A stretch of 63,696 bases of DNA, filler included, from Octopus bimaculoides (Eukaryota), in the NCBI RefSeq assembly GCF_001194135.2. It is 7 parts of 5 records of this genome, joined end to end, with 100 filler letters (N's around TTAATTAATTAA, not from the genome) between each part and the next. Parts side by side here need not be neighbours in the genome. Positions count along the whole stretch, not along the records: positions 59,432 to 63,696 come from NC_068995.1; 6 more parts are not named here. The stretch is one strand, 5' to 3'. A program made the translations under genes and the position numbers. Shown in pieces: positions 63,560 through 63,696 of this stretch; positions within the stretch are counted from its first letter, which is position 1, and each line of letters starts with the position of its first letter. The notes under the pieces were generated by a model. The model did no database searches, was not told the DNA's origin, and saw only the letters and a list, made by a program, of their open reading frames with translations.

Positions 63560-63696
63560 ATATAGCAGAAGATACTTTTTCATAGTACTGCATAGTGAGA
63601 CTAAACAAAAAACTACGTGTGCCTATGCTTTTTTTTATGCTATTTCTAGTTAGCCTTCTGACATAAATTTTCCTTTCTATCATAGACGCAAGGCCT

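Overview
AT-rich, microsatellite-laden and heavily gapped animal genomic window, most likely an octopod cephalopod (inferred from the repeat landscape, not verified). It holds one intact protein-coding gene, a single-exon FoxB forkhead transcription factor (21138-22163, +). The rest is a mosaic of mobile DNA. (i) Three modular tRNA-derived SINE groups, here called A, B and C. (ii) At least 8 fragments of R4/Dong-clade retrotransposons sitting in (TAA)n tracts, plus a non-coding 450-600 bp element (E) that behaves the same way. (iii) RTE-type LINE fragments and an RTE-like short element with (GAT)n tails (R). (iv) Penelope-like remnants, including three minus-strand minimal hammerhead ribozyme motifs. 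(v) Several TIR DNA elements, including a 725 bp SAP/SWIM-carrying element nested in a Dong copy. Six 100 bp spacers (44 N + TTAATTAATTAA + 44 N) are artificial joins, so adjacency across them is not established. Almost all ORFs in the supplied track are microsatellite or N-gap artefacts. The best leads are the hammerheads, the (TAA)n-targeting Dong/E system and its use of SINE tails as landing pads, and a compact E-box/TATA/Inr promoter followed by a hammerhead-like structured segment (4689-5130). Family labels A, B, C, E and R are my own; no database searches were run.
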